Shown piece by piece: positions 27,378 to 40,460 of a stretch of 46,587 nucleotides of DNA. Position numbers and translations under genes: made by a program. Each line of letters begins with the position of its first letter. The stretch's first letter is position 1. This DNA comes from Chromera velia (taxonomy: Eukaryota): positions 1 to 46,587 of the forward strand of contig JAHBMJ010000481.1 in the NCBI GenBank assembly GCA_018398765.1, read 5' to 3'. The notes beneath the pieces were generated by a model. That model did not search any database and had not been told where the DNA came from. It was given only the letters and a program-made list of their open reading frames with translations.

Positions 27378-27595
27378 TGGTTGATAAAGATTCCGTCATA
27401 CTTTCAAGTTCATAGGAGAGGCCGTCTATCTTAGCTTTAGCCAGAGATATACGCTACGATGGATCGATCAGTTTCTGTATGCATTGTTATGTATTGCTAC
27501 ACTGCAACACTGCATCTCTGTGTATCATGCCTCTCTATGCATGCGCGGCCCACTGCCAACGGCCCCAGAAAGCGGCCCAGGGAGAAATCCCAACA
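27378..27595 (-). repeat. 3' LTR of copia A
   Basis: Direct repeat of 42400-42617; left border uncertain by about 4 bp. Confidence 0.9.
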
Positions 27596-27769
27596 ATCAT
27601 CCCCTGACACGAGAGCTACTACGAGAGTCACTCTTTTGCTTTCCTCTGCATGCCTTTGCAAAATCCAAAACTTTTCTATCTCCTTTCATCTGCTTCTGTA
27701 TAAACTTGGGAGTTTGACTTCCTCTGTCCCTCTCCGTCTTGTACTTCGTATGTCTGTCCGCTCTCTATC

Positions 27770-29361
27770 TGTCTGTCTGTCTATACCCACAGCACCTTTG
27801 CCTTCAAGGCTCTCAACTTTTGATGCGCATACGCCAACAGACTATCCATGCGAGGCTCCCGTCTGGACTGTCCACTTTCCAACTGCTCCATCAGAGGAGC
27901 GCTGTCAGTGTAAACCTCAACCTCCAGAGGCTTCATCCAGAGGGCCTCAGCAAGTCGCTTCCATTGGAACAACTGCTTCACACTATCTACAAGCGCACAC
28001 AACTCTGCAGAGGTGGAAGAAATCAGTTTTCTTTTGATTCTCTTGCTCTTCTGTGCCATGAGATTCGAGAACCTCATGTTCTTGATGCTTTCCTTCTTGT
28101 CAACCAGACACGCTTCAAACCCCCCTCTCCCTTCACAGCGAGAAAGAGAATACGCAGCATCAACAAAGAGAGCAAACTTCGGATCATCTACTCCGCTGAA
28201 CTGCAGGCAGTCACCCTTTTCACGCGCGCGAATCAATGCAAGCAAAGCAGCCACAAGCTTTGAACCAGAAGGGTGAGAATCGTAACAAGAGAGCTCACTA
28301 AACAGATATGCAAGATTGGCAGTCGTGCAATAAACCCAACCAAGCACTTTCTGCATAACACTCACAAGAGATTTGTCTGTCTCCTCTTCTGCTGATGACT
28401 TAATGAGTTCAGGAGACAAAGACTTGCGGGGAAGGTCTTCTTTTTGCACAGGGATTTATTCGAGATAAGCTTTCTGTGAGAGAGCAAAGCCTTCCTCTGT
28501 TCTCTTCACCACCATCCCTGTGTAACCCATCTTACCCCCACACTCAAAAATCTCAGGCTCATCCATTTCAAAACGCTTGCGCAGAGGCTCAAGATTATAC
28601 ACGGGATCATCAGAGAACACAAGCAAATCATCGACATAAACAGCCATCACAGCCTTCACGCTTCCTGCCTCTTTCTTCATAAACATGCTTTCTGAATCAG
28701 TCACTTTTTCCCATCTACACTCTCCAGCAATCCGTTTGAAGTGCTGACCATAGAGGCAAGGCGCATCTTTCAGACCATACATCGCACGCAGCAATTGACT
28801 CACCTCACCAGACATGAACCCTTCAGGTGACCCCTCAGGAACTCGGCCTGGCAGCTGCATGAACACATCATCGGAAATCGGTGCAGTCAAAAAGGCTGTG
28901 TGAACGTCTGACTTTCCTACCTTCCATCCTTTGCTCGAAGCAAACACAAAGCAGACAAGCAACGCCCACCAGGCTGCCATCCCACTGTAGGTTTCAACAT
29001 TCTTTCTATCATCTTGGAAGCCCTTACATACCAATCTGGCCTTAGGGACTCTCTCTTCACCTTTCATCTTCCAGGTTAAGACCCACCGCGTCTTCATCAC
29101 CCGTCTCCTTGCAAGAACTTGCACACCCCCCACCTTAAGGACCTCATTTCTCTGAAAACTCTTCAGTTCTTCTCTCATGGCTCCATCGTGACTTCTATTT
29201 CTCACTTCCTCTTCCGTTGCCATGATATGTCCTTTCCGAGGATTTACATGTGCTATCATAACGTCAATGACTTTCTTATTAACCGACAGACGTATGACTC
29301 TCTTTTCTTTTTCCTTCTTTTCCTTCTTCCTCTTCCTCCCATCATCCTGTGCCCCTTGCAC
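27770..29361 (-). pseudogene. Copia A RT and RNase H
   Basis: RWVLTWK..KARLVCKGF, DVHTAFL, RAMYGLKDAP, VYVDDL; FVDAAY, SSTSAELCAL, YTDSAP; in-frame stop at about 28456. Confidence 0.92.
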
Positions 29362-29845
29362 TCCCTCATCTTCCTGTGCTACCTACACTCCCTTTTCTTC
29401 TCTGCTGCTGGTTGACCCACTCTCGTGAGCAAGTAGGCCAGCTGCAGCGGTTCCGCTATCAGACTTCAGAAGATTCGCTCCAAAGAGTGAATCATCATCA
29501 GGAATGTCTGGCAGAACAATCTCTTCCTCCTTCTCTGTCTCTTCAGACTCAGTAGCTGGTGCAGCGTCCCACCCCGACTGTTTTGCCTCTTCTCAATCAC
29601 TCTTTACCCCCTACTGCTGGGCTCGTGCTTCCAGTTGGCTGGCTGGAAGACGCGAACCTGCAGCACTCTGAAAGAGAAGAAAAAACGGTGCAGAAACACT
29701 TGCTGGCTGACTCCCCACGATGTGCTCCAACTGACGGACAGCCGCAGTGGAAACACCATCGAAGAAAGTTGCCTGTGCACGAGAAGAAGAGAGGACAGCA
29801 ACAGGGTCAGCACCCCCGATCGTATTGGCATCAACCTCTCCATCA

Positions 29846-30965
29846 TCATCGAAAGTCGACGAAAGAGAAATCGGAAAAACGATCCACATCATTGGCAGGT
29901 GCAGCTGCCGTACCCCCAAACTCTGTAAGGTCATGGGAAACATTCAACCCATACCATTCAATCAAAGAAACACCACTCGGATGCATATGCAAAGGCTTCC
30001 ACCCATGTCCATTCTCTGTCTTCACAATCACTATCACGTAAGACTCACTCTCGACACCATAAAAAATTCCTTCCTTCCCACAAACAGGCAAGCCAGACGA
30101 GGGAAGGAGACGAGGGTCAGTCACCATAACACGATCACCAACAGAGATGGGAGAAATGGAACGGAAAGCCTCAGAACTAAACACAAAAGAATCAGGTGAC
30201 ATACCAGTTGCACTGCACACACACTGATTCAATGCATCGATCACACCATTGAAGAGCCATTTACTACAGTACCGAGGCAGATCCAAATTTGAAAGCAACT
30301 TCCAGAGGAGATGCTTAATCATGCGATTCATTCTCTCTGCCTTCCCTTGCGGCTGCGATGTGTATACAGGGCCTCTCTGATGAACGATGGTCTCCTGGTC
30401 ACACACATACTCATACTAGCTTTTTTTTCCCAATAAATTCTTTTCCGTTATCTGTGCAGACAATTTAGGGCTTTGCTTTTATTTTCAATTTCTCAGCCAA
30501 TCTCTCCCACTTCCGATATGAAGCAGTCAAATGACGGGCAGCCTTTCCTTTCAAGGGAAGAATCATTTCAGACACACGGCTATACGTAGAATCGACAATC
30601 ACAGAGGCAGGCTTACCATCAGGCAAAAAAAACACATCATAAATGATGCGATCATTGAATTTTTCCTTTGCCATGCCTTCTTTGCTATTCTGAGGGATTC
30701 TCTTCATGAGTGCATTCACCTCTCTGCATCGATGACATATATATCTAATCTCATCACACGCTTTCGTACTCACACGAGAAGCCAGACCTTTCTCCTTCAA
30801 AGTCGCATACAGATGAGTGCCAGTCGAGTGCCCAAAACGCTTGTGCCATATCAAAACTTCTTGCAAACTCATCTGACCTGAAGAAGGGAACTGAAGGCGC
30901 CGCGATCTCTGCAATCCCAGCCGGTGTGGCGAGCGCTCCCGCTGCTCTCCCTCCTTCAAACTATC
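29846..30965 (-). pseudogene. Copia A integrase
   Basis: WHKRFGH..CHRC zinc-binding motif, IIYDVF, QGKAERMNR; stops and frameshifts. Confidence 0.85.
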
Positions 30966-32352
30966 CTAGAGTATTTCATTTTGATGGAGGTGTACTAGGT
31001 TTTAGAGTAAAAATCCTTACAAAAAAACAGTTTTTAGACATTTTTTTAAATAGATTCCTAGCCCAATTTTACTAAAAAGTCATTTAAATATATAATCACA
31101 TGTAAAATCTTTGGTTCGGTAAGGTTCTATTAGGTTAAGGGTAGGTTTAGGGGTCGTTGCCAATGAAGGTTCGGACACAAGGTTACAAAACCTTCATTTT
31201 AACGTTATCATCTTTTGAAACCTGCTTGAACCTGCCAATACCAGTATTAACATAGTATAAACCAGCCTCAAACTGTTTAAAACAAACTTAAAACTGATGA
31301 TTTGACTCTTTAAAACTGTTATTGAGACACCTCGTCTCGGCAAGCTAGGCAGTCATGCACACGGGAAAAACATTGTTAAATTTCAATAAATTTGCGATGG
31401 AGCATTCAAGCTAGCACACAAATGAAATCAGGGACAACAGAGAAAAGAGTGTGATGGCAATAAAAGATCGAAAGCAGAAAGGCGCTGTGGCTGTTCGAGA
31501 GAGCCCTTTTCTCAGCTTTCCTCCTTCATGTCTTCTCTGCTTAGCCCTCTGCTGTCTTGCTTGTAGCCACAGAGCCCGAGCTCTCCTCCTTCGCTCCCCT
31601 ACGTCCCTCTGCTGCACTCACACTGCTAGTGACCTTAGTCTGATTTGCGGCAACAAGATGATTGGTCCCACAGTGGCTCACAAATTTCTGGCAGCGCACG
31701 ATGTTGGAGTTTGTGATCCACATCACAAAATGACTCTCCTTGGCCAGCTTTCCAGCAAGGTCACATGGCGTACATGTCAGAACTACACATATGTAGTCAC
31801 GGGTTTCTTCTTCAGATGACACAACAGAGTTCAAACCGCTTTTACTCCATCGTACGTTAATGCCAAGAACTGATGATACATCCCTTTCTGCTGTTTTTTT
31901 CTGGTTGCATTCGGCAGTTTTGGTTAGGGGGGGGGTAACGGTGAATAACGACGAGCTTGCTCGCGCAGAAAGTCAGTTTAATGATATAATTGAGCGTAAA
32001 AGTGATGAAAAGGATGAAAACTGAAGGAGAGTTGAGTCATATGGTTTTGAAATCATATCTGTTGGTGTTAATGAAGTGATGGTTATACCAGGTTACATAA
32101 GGTTTAGGTAGGTTAAGTGTTAGGTTACATAACGATGTTTTTACTACTCTTAGAACCCTAAGTAGCAACATGATGAAAACCTTAAATAACCATTATAAAT
32201 CATGATGCTACAAGTCTTTTTTTTAAGTTCGTAAAGATTTTTTTAGGTAAAGAACTACATTGAGCATACTTTTAGATGTCTAGAGTGTTTTACATACTTG
32301 AAGGGGGGGGTATAAAATTATTATTATTTTTTTTTTTAGTGAAATACCCCAG
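30966..32352. mobile_element. 1.4-kb non-autonomous DNA transposon with 8-bp TSD inserted in copia A pol
   Basis: TIR ctagagtatttca / tgaaataccccag; perfect TSD aaactatc at 30958-30965 and 32353-32360. Confidence 0.85.
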
Positions 32353-34178
32353 AAACTATCTTTCTGCAAAGAGGACGAGCCCCCATGCAATGCAGATGCA
32401 TCTGTCTGACTGCTGGCATCCACATTCAAGAGCACACAAAAGAAGCTATTCCTCTCATTCATACCTTGCAAAGCCGCACGCCTACGCACATTCAAAACAA
32501 GAACACCTTCTCACTCATGTATACGCACACGGAACATGCCTCCCCCTTTTTGGGGGAGTTCAACCCAAAACGGCTGATACACTTTCTGGAGACGCAAACC
32601 ATTCACAGACAAAAGAGAAAGGGGAACCAACTAAGAAAACGATCCGTCAAGATGTGTTGTCTCCTCACCGCTATCGACCGTCTCCACTCCGGGGAGCTCC
32701 ACGGTGACATCCTTGGAGGAACGAGAGATGCCTCCCTCAACCCCCATAAACTCCCTCTCTTCCTCTCTCACCTCCACAACATAAGACGAGACATCTCGTC
32801 CAAAGAAATGTCTGCTCGCACCTGAGTCTACTACAGGTGCTTTGTGGAAGTTTCTGCTTGCTCTTAACGCGCACTCCACCTCTTCTCCTTCATCTGCCAA
32901 CGGCCCGAAGCGATTGCTCACGGCAACGCCCAGAGAAAGGACCACAGCACCTCCATACCTCAAGTGTGGTCACTTCTGACCCTGCTGGCCGGAGCCAGAA
33001 GAGCCGGAAGACTGGGATTCTAAGCCCGAAGACTGCTGCTGCTGCTGCTGCTGCTGGGGGGGAGGGGGACCGGACTGTCCAGGCAGAGGGACTCTGGGCT
33101 TCCCTGCCGCCTTGTCTCTGCACTTGTTCATGAAGTGCCCCTTCCGCTAACACCAGTGGCATCTGGGTCTGCGGTCTCCGTTCTCCTTTGCGTGGTTTGC
33201 TTTCTCCCTCGGCTTCTTCTTGATTGGGCCCTTCCTCTCGAAAGAGGCATACCAGACCTAACCAGACCATCTACTCCTCAATGACCTCCCACGAGATCTG
33301 AGTGAGGTCTGCCACCCCCATGTGAGGGTGCTGCTTCTTAATATCAGACAGAAGACCTCTCTGCTGATCAGGCATGAGTGCCTAGATCACCATCTCCTTC
33401 TTCTCCTTCACAGTCACCTCCATATCGATCTTCCCAGCGTCCATCGTCAGATGATCGAGACGGTTATCAATCTTCGGCCACGAGAGCTCGGTGTTCTTGG
33501 GATAATTCACTCTCCCCTTTCCATCCCTCTTCTGGATATCCCAGGGAAAGTGGCGGACGCGTTCTCTAATTGCCAGTTGTTGGGCAAGCAGAGCGGACTC
33601 GTACTCCTCAAGCAGCTTGTCGACAATCTGCTCAACAGGGATCTTTTTTCCCTTCCTCAGCTTCCGGATATCGGCTTTGAACTGCCGATTGCCGTTGGTG
33701 GCGTGGTTGAAGGCGAGAATGATGTTGTCATACCATTCCTGATCCGAGTCGAAGTTGCTCCGCTTGAGATGTACACGGATGTACGGGGCCCAAAGATCTG
33801 CGAACTCCTGAATATGCTGCTTCCCCTCAAACTTGGGGACAGCAGCTATGTCCACCTTCTTTCTATGCCCAGACCTGCGGGAACGACGGCAACGTCGGCG
33901 TCTGGAGTGACTCGAGGCAGAACTGCGTAAGTCGGAGGAAAAAGACGAGGGATCCGAAGGAGACGGCGACTTCTCAGTTGGATGTGCAGGCCCCTCTGCA
34001 GGCACAAAGGGCGCACGATCTGATGATGCAGGAGGCTGCGAGAGTCCGGAAGGCGGTAACAAGCCTCCTCGCACTATTGGAGTGTATGTGGGGAGTCCTC
34101 CTGAAGGGGGAGCAGGCAGTCCCCCGGAAAAGGGAGCAGGGAGATCACCCTAGGGAGGACGAATTGGGAGGAACGCCT
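32353..34178 (-). pseudogene. Copia A gag (CCHC knuckle) and aspartic protease
   Basis: CHWC*RKGHFMNKC at about 33120-33162; VVDSGASRHFF; gag-like VPKFEG. Confidence 0.8.
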
Positions 34179-34637
34179 TGTGACGGTAAACGTTACCTAG
34201 AACAGACTAGAACAGTCACGTAACAAAAATGGGTAACGTTCAAACAGTTAAACGGGAAGTCTGACCTACCGGGTCGCAGTCCTGAGTCCAGACAGGAAAA
34301 TCTATTCAGCAACAACAGAGAAATTTAAGGAGACGTCAATCTAGAATTCACTCAAACGAAGACCGCGCATTCGATCTAATACGTGGGTCTTTGATGCTTC
34401 AAACGTGACATACAGACTGATCAGACTGCCATCTGAGGATGCTCTCTATCATGAACCGACTGAGCAGACCGAGCCTTTGTACAGCCTCACTGTTCGATTA
34501 AGGAGTCAGACGCTAATGCACTCAAACATGCGATCATGCCGCTTACAATACTCTTCACTCGCGCGGATGGCTGGCGCGCTCGCAGAACGCTCGGCGCCCA
34601 CCTGACGCACGCTTGGATGCATGCGTTTACTCTCACA
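34179..34637 (-). repeat. 3' LTR of copia B
   Basis: Direct repeat of 41665-42125; preceded on the minus strand by PPT acaggggatgatt. Confidence 0.95.
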
Positions 34638-34724
34638 AATCATCCCCTGTCTGAACTGAACACAAACAGGAAGACAGACTAAAATAAAGAAACGCTTAAC
34701 TGCAACGAAGGAACTTGGTCTGTC

Positions 34725-36163
34725 TGTCTGCATGCATTGACCCAGTTTTGATCCAACGAACCTTTGCTCCCAACTCCATCAAATTTTCTAAAATGTACTC
34801 CAACTCCCCCTACATTCTCGGCTCGCTTTTGCACTGTTTGGAACCAATCTGATGCATCAGCGGCTGAGAGTGAGTCACCACCACAACCGGAAGCATCTCA
34901 CCCCACAACTTTCGATTCAAGTTTCGAACGAAATGAATGAATGACCAGGACATCTTCACTGCGTCTCTTATTGCAAAAAGCTCTGCAGAAGTCGTAGACC
35001 CCAGCTTTCTTCCTATCTTCCTGCTCAGTCAATACACAGTGTTGTGCTCACCAATCTCATCAAGATTGGCAAACTCTCCTTCATCAACTAACTGCATCAG
35101 ATTCTCGATGCCCAGTCTACCCTCTTTCTTGTACAATTGATAAGTATCCCCCCATACCAACAGAACTGAAAGGGAGGGAACACAACGAAGAGACAGAGGA
35201 CGGGAAGTCTTGAATGTATGCCAGAGAGCCTTCTCACTCGCAAGAACGGACTCATGAGACGGACGGGAATTAAAGCGGGAAAGGTGGGAAAACAGGAAGG
35301 AAAGAGAAGGTTGGGTCTTAACAGCCCACCCTAAACACCCCACATTCTTCTGCTGCTGTTCCTGCAGGGACATGTCAGTCTCTGCAGTCTTAGGCAACAG
35401 GAAATCTTTCTCAGTCAAGGGCTTCTTTACCTCTTCACTCACTCCCTTCACCATTCCCTCAATATACGTGGAATGGTCAAGCAACATATTACCAGGACGC
35501 ATCCAAATGGACATGTCCACATAAGAATGAAGCTCTCCATTGTCTATTCTCTCTGGCTGGTCTGTGTCAAAAAGCTCCTGAATTTGCTTCACGTCTTCGT
35601 CAACAGAAGGAGAAAAAATGAAAAGATCATCAACATGCATAACAAGCAAAGCAACGATCTCACCCTTCTTGTTCTTTCTGACCAAAATCGACTTAGCAAT
35701 CTCAATCCACCCCAGGCTGCTCACCTTCTTCTTGAAGTAACTCGTGTAGACCTTTGGGGCATCTTTCAGGCTGTAAACAGCCCTCTGAATGAGAACGAAG
35801 ACACCGGCATGGAGGCTGGAATAGACCTCTACAGGAAGGTTGGATGGAAGGCGCAGCCACACTGCGTTTTTCATGGGCACCTGCAGGAACGCAGTTGACA
35901 CGTCCATTTTGGCTGCTTGCAGACCTTTTGAGATGGCCCAGAGGAAGGCAACTCTAGCCAGACTTGCGTCTGCTATGCCAGAGTAGGTCTCAAGCACCGA
36001 CCAATCATGAGAGTCTTGGAACCCTCTCGCTACGAGACGAGACTTTGTAACCCTCTTTCCCTCCTTCAACTTCCAGGTCCTCACCCACCGAAGGGTAATC
36101 GCCTTGACCCCCTTCTCCGTCTGCAGTGTCTGTGTAGAGAGATCAAATACAGAACAGAGACAC
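34725..36163 (-). pseudogene. Copia B RT and RNase H
   Basis: RWVRTWK..KSRLVARGFQD, DVSTAFLQ, AVYSLKDAP, MHVDDL, GSTTSAELFAI. Confidence 0.9.
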
Positions 36164-37913
36164 CGCATCCCAGCACTCTGGCGGGCACTTTGTCTACACT
36201 TTTTGGTGTATTGAGAAAAAATCCAGATTTTTTGTGGCCCCACCCTGGCGTGGCATGCTGGAACCAATAGGTGTTTCTGAGTCCGTTTGGACCCAAACTA
36301 AGATTCCTTGGTCGCTGGGCCCATACCTTTCATGACCCGGTCGGGCTAAGCCCATAAGGGCCTTTTGGGGGCGTATTGTGCACCGCCACATACGCTGTTG
36401 AGCTGTATATAGGCGGCGGTCCCGCTTAATTATGGTGGATTTGTGCATGAGCGCGTCGCAGTGCGCAGCTCAAGGACTCCGGCAAGTAAGAGTCCCGGGT
36501 TTGAGCCCCGGTCCGGTCTTTTTTTGTCTTAAATTGCACTTTTCGACTTCAAAAGTGCGAATTTTTGATGTATGCATGAATGTATGTGAGAGTAGCCAAA
36601 CTTCTGACCATCTGAGAGGTCTTTGGAGGAGTAGCAAAGCATCTGTACGGCCTGTAGGACTAACTTCAACTCTTTGATCTACTCTGCTTGTGCGTTGGCT
36701 GGCAGGTGGGCTGTAGACGGGACTTTTGTGCACAGTCGGGACCTTTGTGCACTCTCAGTCTGCATAGGTCTGACCTTTATAGAATCCCTGCTTACGTTTT
36801 TATCGATGCATTCAGCTTCTCTGTTCTGTCTGTGTTGAGCCAGCGCTATTTTCTTTTAGACGAGTAGCTAGCGCTTGTTTGCTGGTCTCTGCTGTGGAGG
36901 AGGAAGGATGGCTCACTCAGGCTCCAAGAATGCAGGCGACCTTCCACCTGGGGCGCCCTCGAGATCACGCCCTCAAAGGCAAGCGGCAGTGGAGGGAGCT
37001 CAGAGAAGGCAGCAGCAGGAAGAGCGAGGGAACCTGGAGGCCCTCTTGCTGGTTTGAGAATATGGAGGAAGAGGAGGGCGGGTGAAGCGAACCAAGAATC
37101 TGACAGAATTCGCAAAGAGAAGAAGAGAGGAGCAGCCGACGGGGGAAGGAAGGGGCAGGCAAGCAGGGAAGGGGAAGGGGAAGTCAAAGTCTGCAGTCCA
37201 GACACATTCAGCCCCTGGCCAGATGTCCAATATCAGAATGTTTTTTTTTCAGTTTTGAATCTGAATTACAGTGATGGAGTAGCTTTCGTGCATATGGCTG
37301 GGTGACTTGAGCCAAGCGCCCTACTCCGGTGGAACAAAAATGCATGATGCGGCACCACCTAAGTAGATGCGTGTTTGTGTGTTTATCTGCACCTTGCCAC
37401 ACCCTTTGGTTGCTGTTTTATGCCGTTTGCTGTGTTTGATCGCTTCTAGAGATCATTGAAGACTTGTTTTGAGTAGAATTCGTATCTTAGCTTTATGTGG
37501 CGGCGCACAATTGATGCATATAGAACCATGGCGTGCCGCCACCTGAATAGATGCGTGCTTGTGTGTTTGTATGCTCTTTAGCATACCCTTTGGTCGCAGT
37601 TTCATGCCATTTGTTCTGTCTAATCGCTTCTGCAGATCCCACCAGGCTCGTTCGCAATGAAGACACCCCAGACATATGTGGCGGCGCACAATAGGCCTCC
37701 AAAAGGCCCTTTTAAGCCTGCCCCGACTAGGTCATGAAAGGTATGGTCCCAGCGACCAAGGAATCTTAGTTTAGGTCCAAACGGACTCAGAAACACCCAT
37801 TGGTTCCAGCATGCCACACCGGGGTGGGCCCACCAAAAATCTGGATTTTTTCTGAAACAGTGGTCCCATAGGAAAAAGTGTAGACAAAGTGCCCACCAGG
37901 GTGCCGGGATACG
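36164..37913. mobile_element. 1.75-kb non-autonomous element with TIRs of about 230 bp inserted at the start of copia B RT
   Basis: 36164-36392 is the inverted copy of 37675-37913; flanks give a 2-bp AC duplication (or 4-bp cacc/gacc); removal gives KNSLVG|VSV; internal direct repeats near 37343-37448 and 37527-37632. Confidence 0.88.
36449..36525 (+). ncRNA. tRNA-like fragment (T-arm/B-box plus oligo-T), not a complete tRNA
   Basis: ccggg-tttgagc-cccgg stem-loop, then 7 nt and T7; two upstream hairpins; no matching 5' acceptor strand. Confidence 0.35.
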
Positions 37914-40460
37914 ACCAACAAGCGAGTTCTTTTCGATCAGACTCTTTGAAGAGACCCTGTGTAATCTCTTCCTCGGTGGCAAGAATGTGCCTCTTCGCAT
38001 CGTTCTCTCTCTCGCTAGCAACTTGTGCGCTCTCTTACCTTTCATCACCGCACACGCAATCTCATAGTACGTGTCGAGGGCTTTTGCAATCCGTGCTTCC
38101 TTTATCTCTCTTCTTCGCCTTCTGCGCTCACGGATCTGATTCCTCTTCTGAGATTTGGATATCTCAGACCACCGAAGAAACTCGGCAGTATTTGCTTCCT
38201 TGGCTACCTGGTCGGCAACGACATCAACGTCTACCGGGACTTCGTCTGAAGGGACAGGGGAGACAGGATCAGGCACAGGAGGTGCCTGCTCAGCAAGCCT
38301 GTAAAGCATGGCAGGGGGAAGCTATCCATCAGCGGGGAGCTCGAACCGCTTCACAATGTCTTTTTGCTTTACTGTCTCCAGTTCGGCAGGAAAGAAACTT
38401 TCATCATCCCTCTGCTTCAACCGTGCTGCTGTGATGCTCCTCACTTGCTTTTCCCCCTCCCTCACAATCTGCCCTGGGAACAGGGCCCCATCTGACCATC
38501 GGGCAAGAACACCTTGCAAACAAGGCACGCGAACGCCTCGGAGAGAACGAGGAAGCTGACGAACCGGCTGAGAAACGTCCTCATCAGACGCCTCACCCCC
38601 AGTCTCTGCATTGTCTGCATCTAACCGGTTGTCTTCTTCTCCCCAACTAACCCAAACAGATCCTCTCTCTACAATGGAATCTGTCTCCCTCTCTGCAACC
38701 ACATCGCTTCTGCCATCTTCATCAAAATCAACATGCTCCACCCCCAACCACGACTCCATCTGAATATAGTTGGGGTGAACGCGAAAAGGCCTCCACTGTC
38801 TCCCTCTCCGAATCAACACAGAAACAGACTGCAGACTAATCATCCCCCCGAAAAGAGCTCTCTCACTCTTTTTAATAGGACCGCCAGCAACGAATCGCTG
38901 ACAACGAGAGGGATCGGACAAGCGAACAACATCCCCCGGGGCAACAGAGGGCACCCCCGAACGCACACCAAAAAGAGTGCAATTCGGGGAAAGACCAGTC
39001 GAGCCGTGAACGACCTCATTCAGAGAATTGGCAATTCTAGGGATGAAGACAGGCCAGAGATAAAAAGGAAGAGAACGCTGAAAGAGAACTCTGTTCAAAA
39101 GAGAAAAGAAATTGTCATTCACTCTCTCAACAAATGCCTGCACTTTGGGAGTGAGAGGGGGACTAAACTGAGTTGCAATCCGCCCTTCCTCAACTGATAA
39201 ACAAAATGAGAGGTAGAGATCAGAAATGAACTCGCCTCCGTTGTCTGAGTGCACGACCTTCGGCTTCCCCTTGCCGGCTTTCTCCCACCGACGAGTCCAG
39301 GAGATCAGGTGATGCACTGTGTGATCTTTTGACCGCAGCGCTCACAATGATTTCCTCCGCATCTGCAAATTAATAATGACAGACACGTAACGAAACCTCC
39401 CGATCCCCTTTCTCTTTATGTCCTTGAGGTCGTGGTACATGTTGGTATTGAACTGCCCCCCCGGACCCGCAGGCTCTGGCTCCTTCTCCTCATCATCCTC
39501 ATGAATAAAAGACTCATCCCCCTTGCGAGAACGCTTTCGCGTCCCTGCTGCTGCACCTCTTCTCTTCAACTTTCTCCTCCGAAAGTTCACAACATGATAT
39601 GCCTTGCACGTGTCTCTCACCTCTTTGCACTCCTTCGCAGAAAAATGTACCCCCACCCCCTTTTCCTTCAATATGGCCTCCAAACGCTGCCCAGTCGCAT
39701 GACCGAGACGGGAGTGAAGGACAAACAAAAGACGCAATCTGTTCTCAGGAGAAATCTCTGCCTGCCCAGAGAGAGCAGACTGTTGGAGGGGACAGGGAGA
39801 AACAGAAGGACAAACGTTGGCAGCAACAACCGCTTCCTCAACCTTCGCGAGACGGAGAATTGGAACATTGCCCGTCTGATCAACAGGAGAACGAAATCTC
39901 TCCCCATACACATCCTTCAACCAGACCCATCCAGGTTCAGAGGAACTCTCCTCTCCTGGGAGAGACAACTTTCTTCTCCCACAAGCAAACAACGGACGAC
40001 CGATTGACTTGTAACTACACCCTTCCTCAGAAACGATGCGTATACCACCCCATTCATCGACAAACAGAAGGTGAAATGTCTTGACCCCTCTCACAGAGAG
40101 GGGGGCAGCATCAGAGGCGAGACGAAACGATAGAGCCTGGTCAATATACGAAACAACATACCTGTCAAACGAGGGGGGAATGAGACTCTTCGAGGCCCCG
40201 AAATCGGCAATCATCTCTCCATCGTCTTCTCTCGTCACACCGACAAAGGACTCAACAGACATGACAACTCTCACTTCATCTGTTTCCCTGCCAAACTCCC
40301 ACCCCCTCTTCTCGGCATTTCGCAAGGTTGTCCTCATGAAACGCCCACTGTCAGCCTTCTCACTAGCCCCTGCCCCCCCCCAGTGGCTGGACTGGAACTG
40401 GGGGGGGGCGGCCCAGGGGCCATTTAAAAATCCTGGTCCATGAAAGTCCCCTGAGGAACC
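37914..40460 (-). pseudogene. Copia B pol: protease, integrase, Tudor-like C-terminal region
   Basis: MIADFGAS (DSG-like), LHSRLGH, VVHSDNGGEF, FVERVN, VLARWSDGALFPGQI. Confidence 0.88.
40366..40433 (-). promoter_or_regulatory. Putative -1 programmed ribosomal frameshift signal
   Basis: Gag frame ends CAG GAT TTT TAA (heptamer G GAU UUU, 40433-40427); 6-nt spacer; GC-rich hairpin; the -1 frame is the open pol frame. Confidence 0.7.

Noticed and set aside
31125..31155. Telomere-like taggtt/tttagggg repeats (also about 32095-32130)
   Set aside because: Short, degenerate and internal to a MITE; likely subterminal motifs
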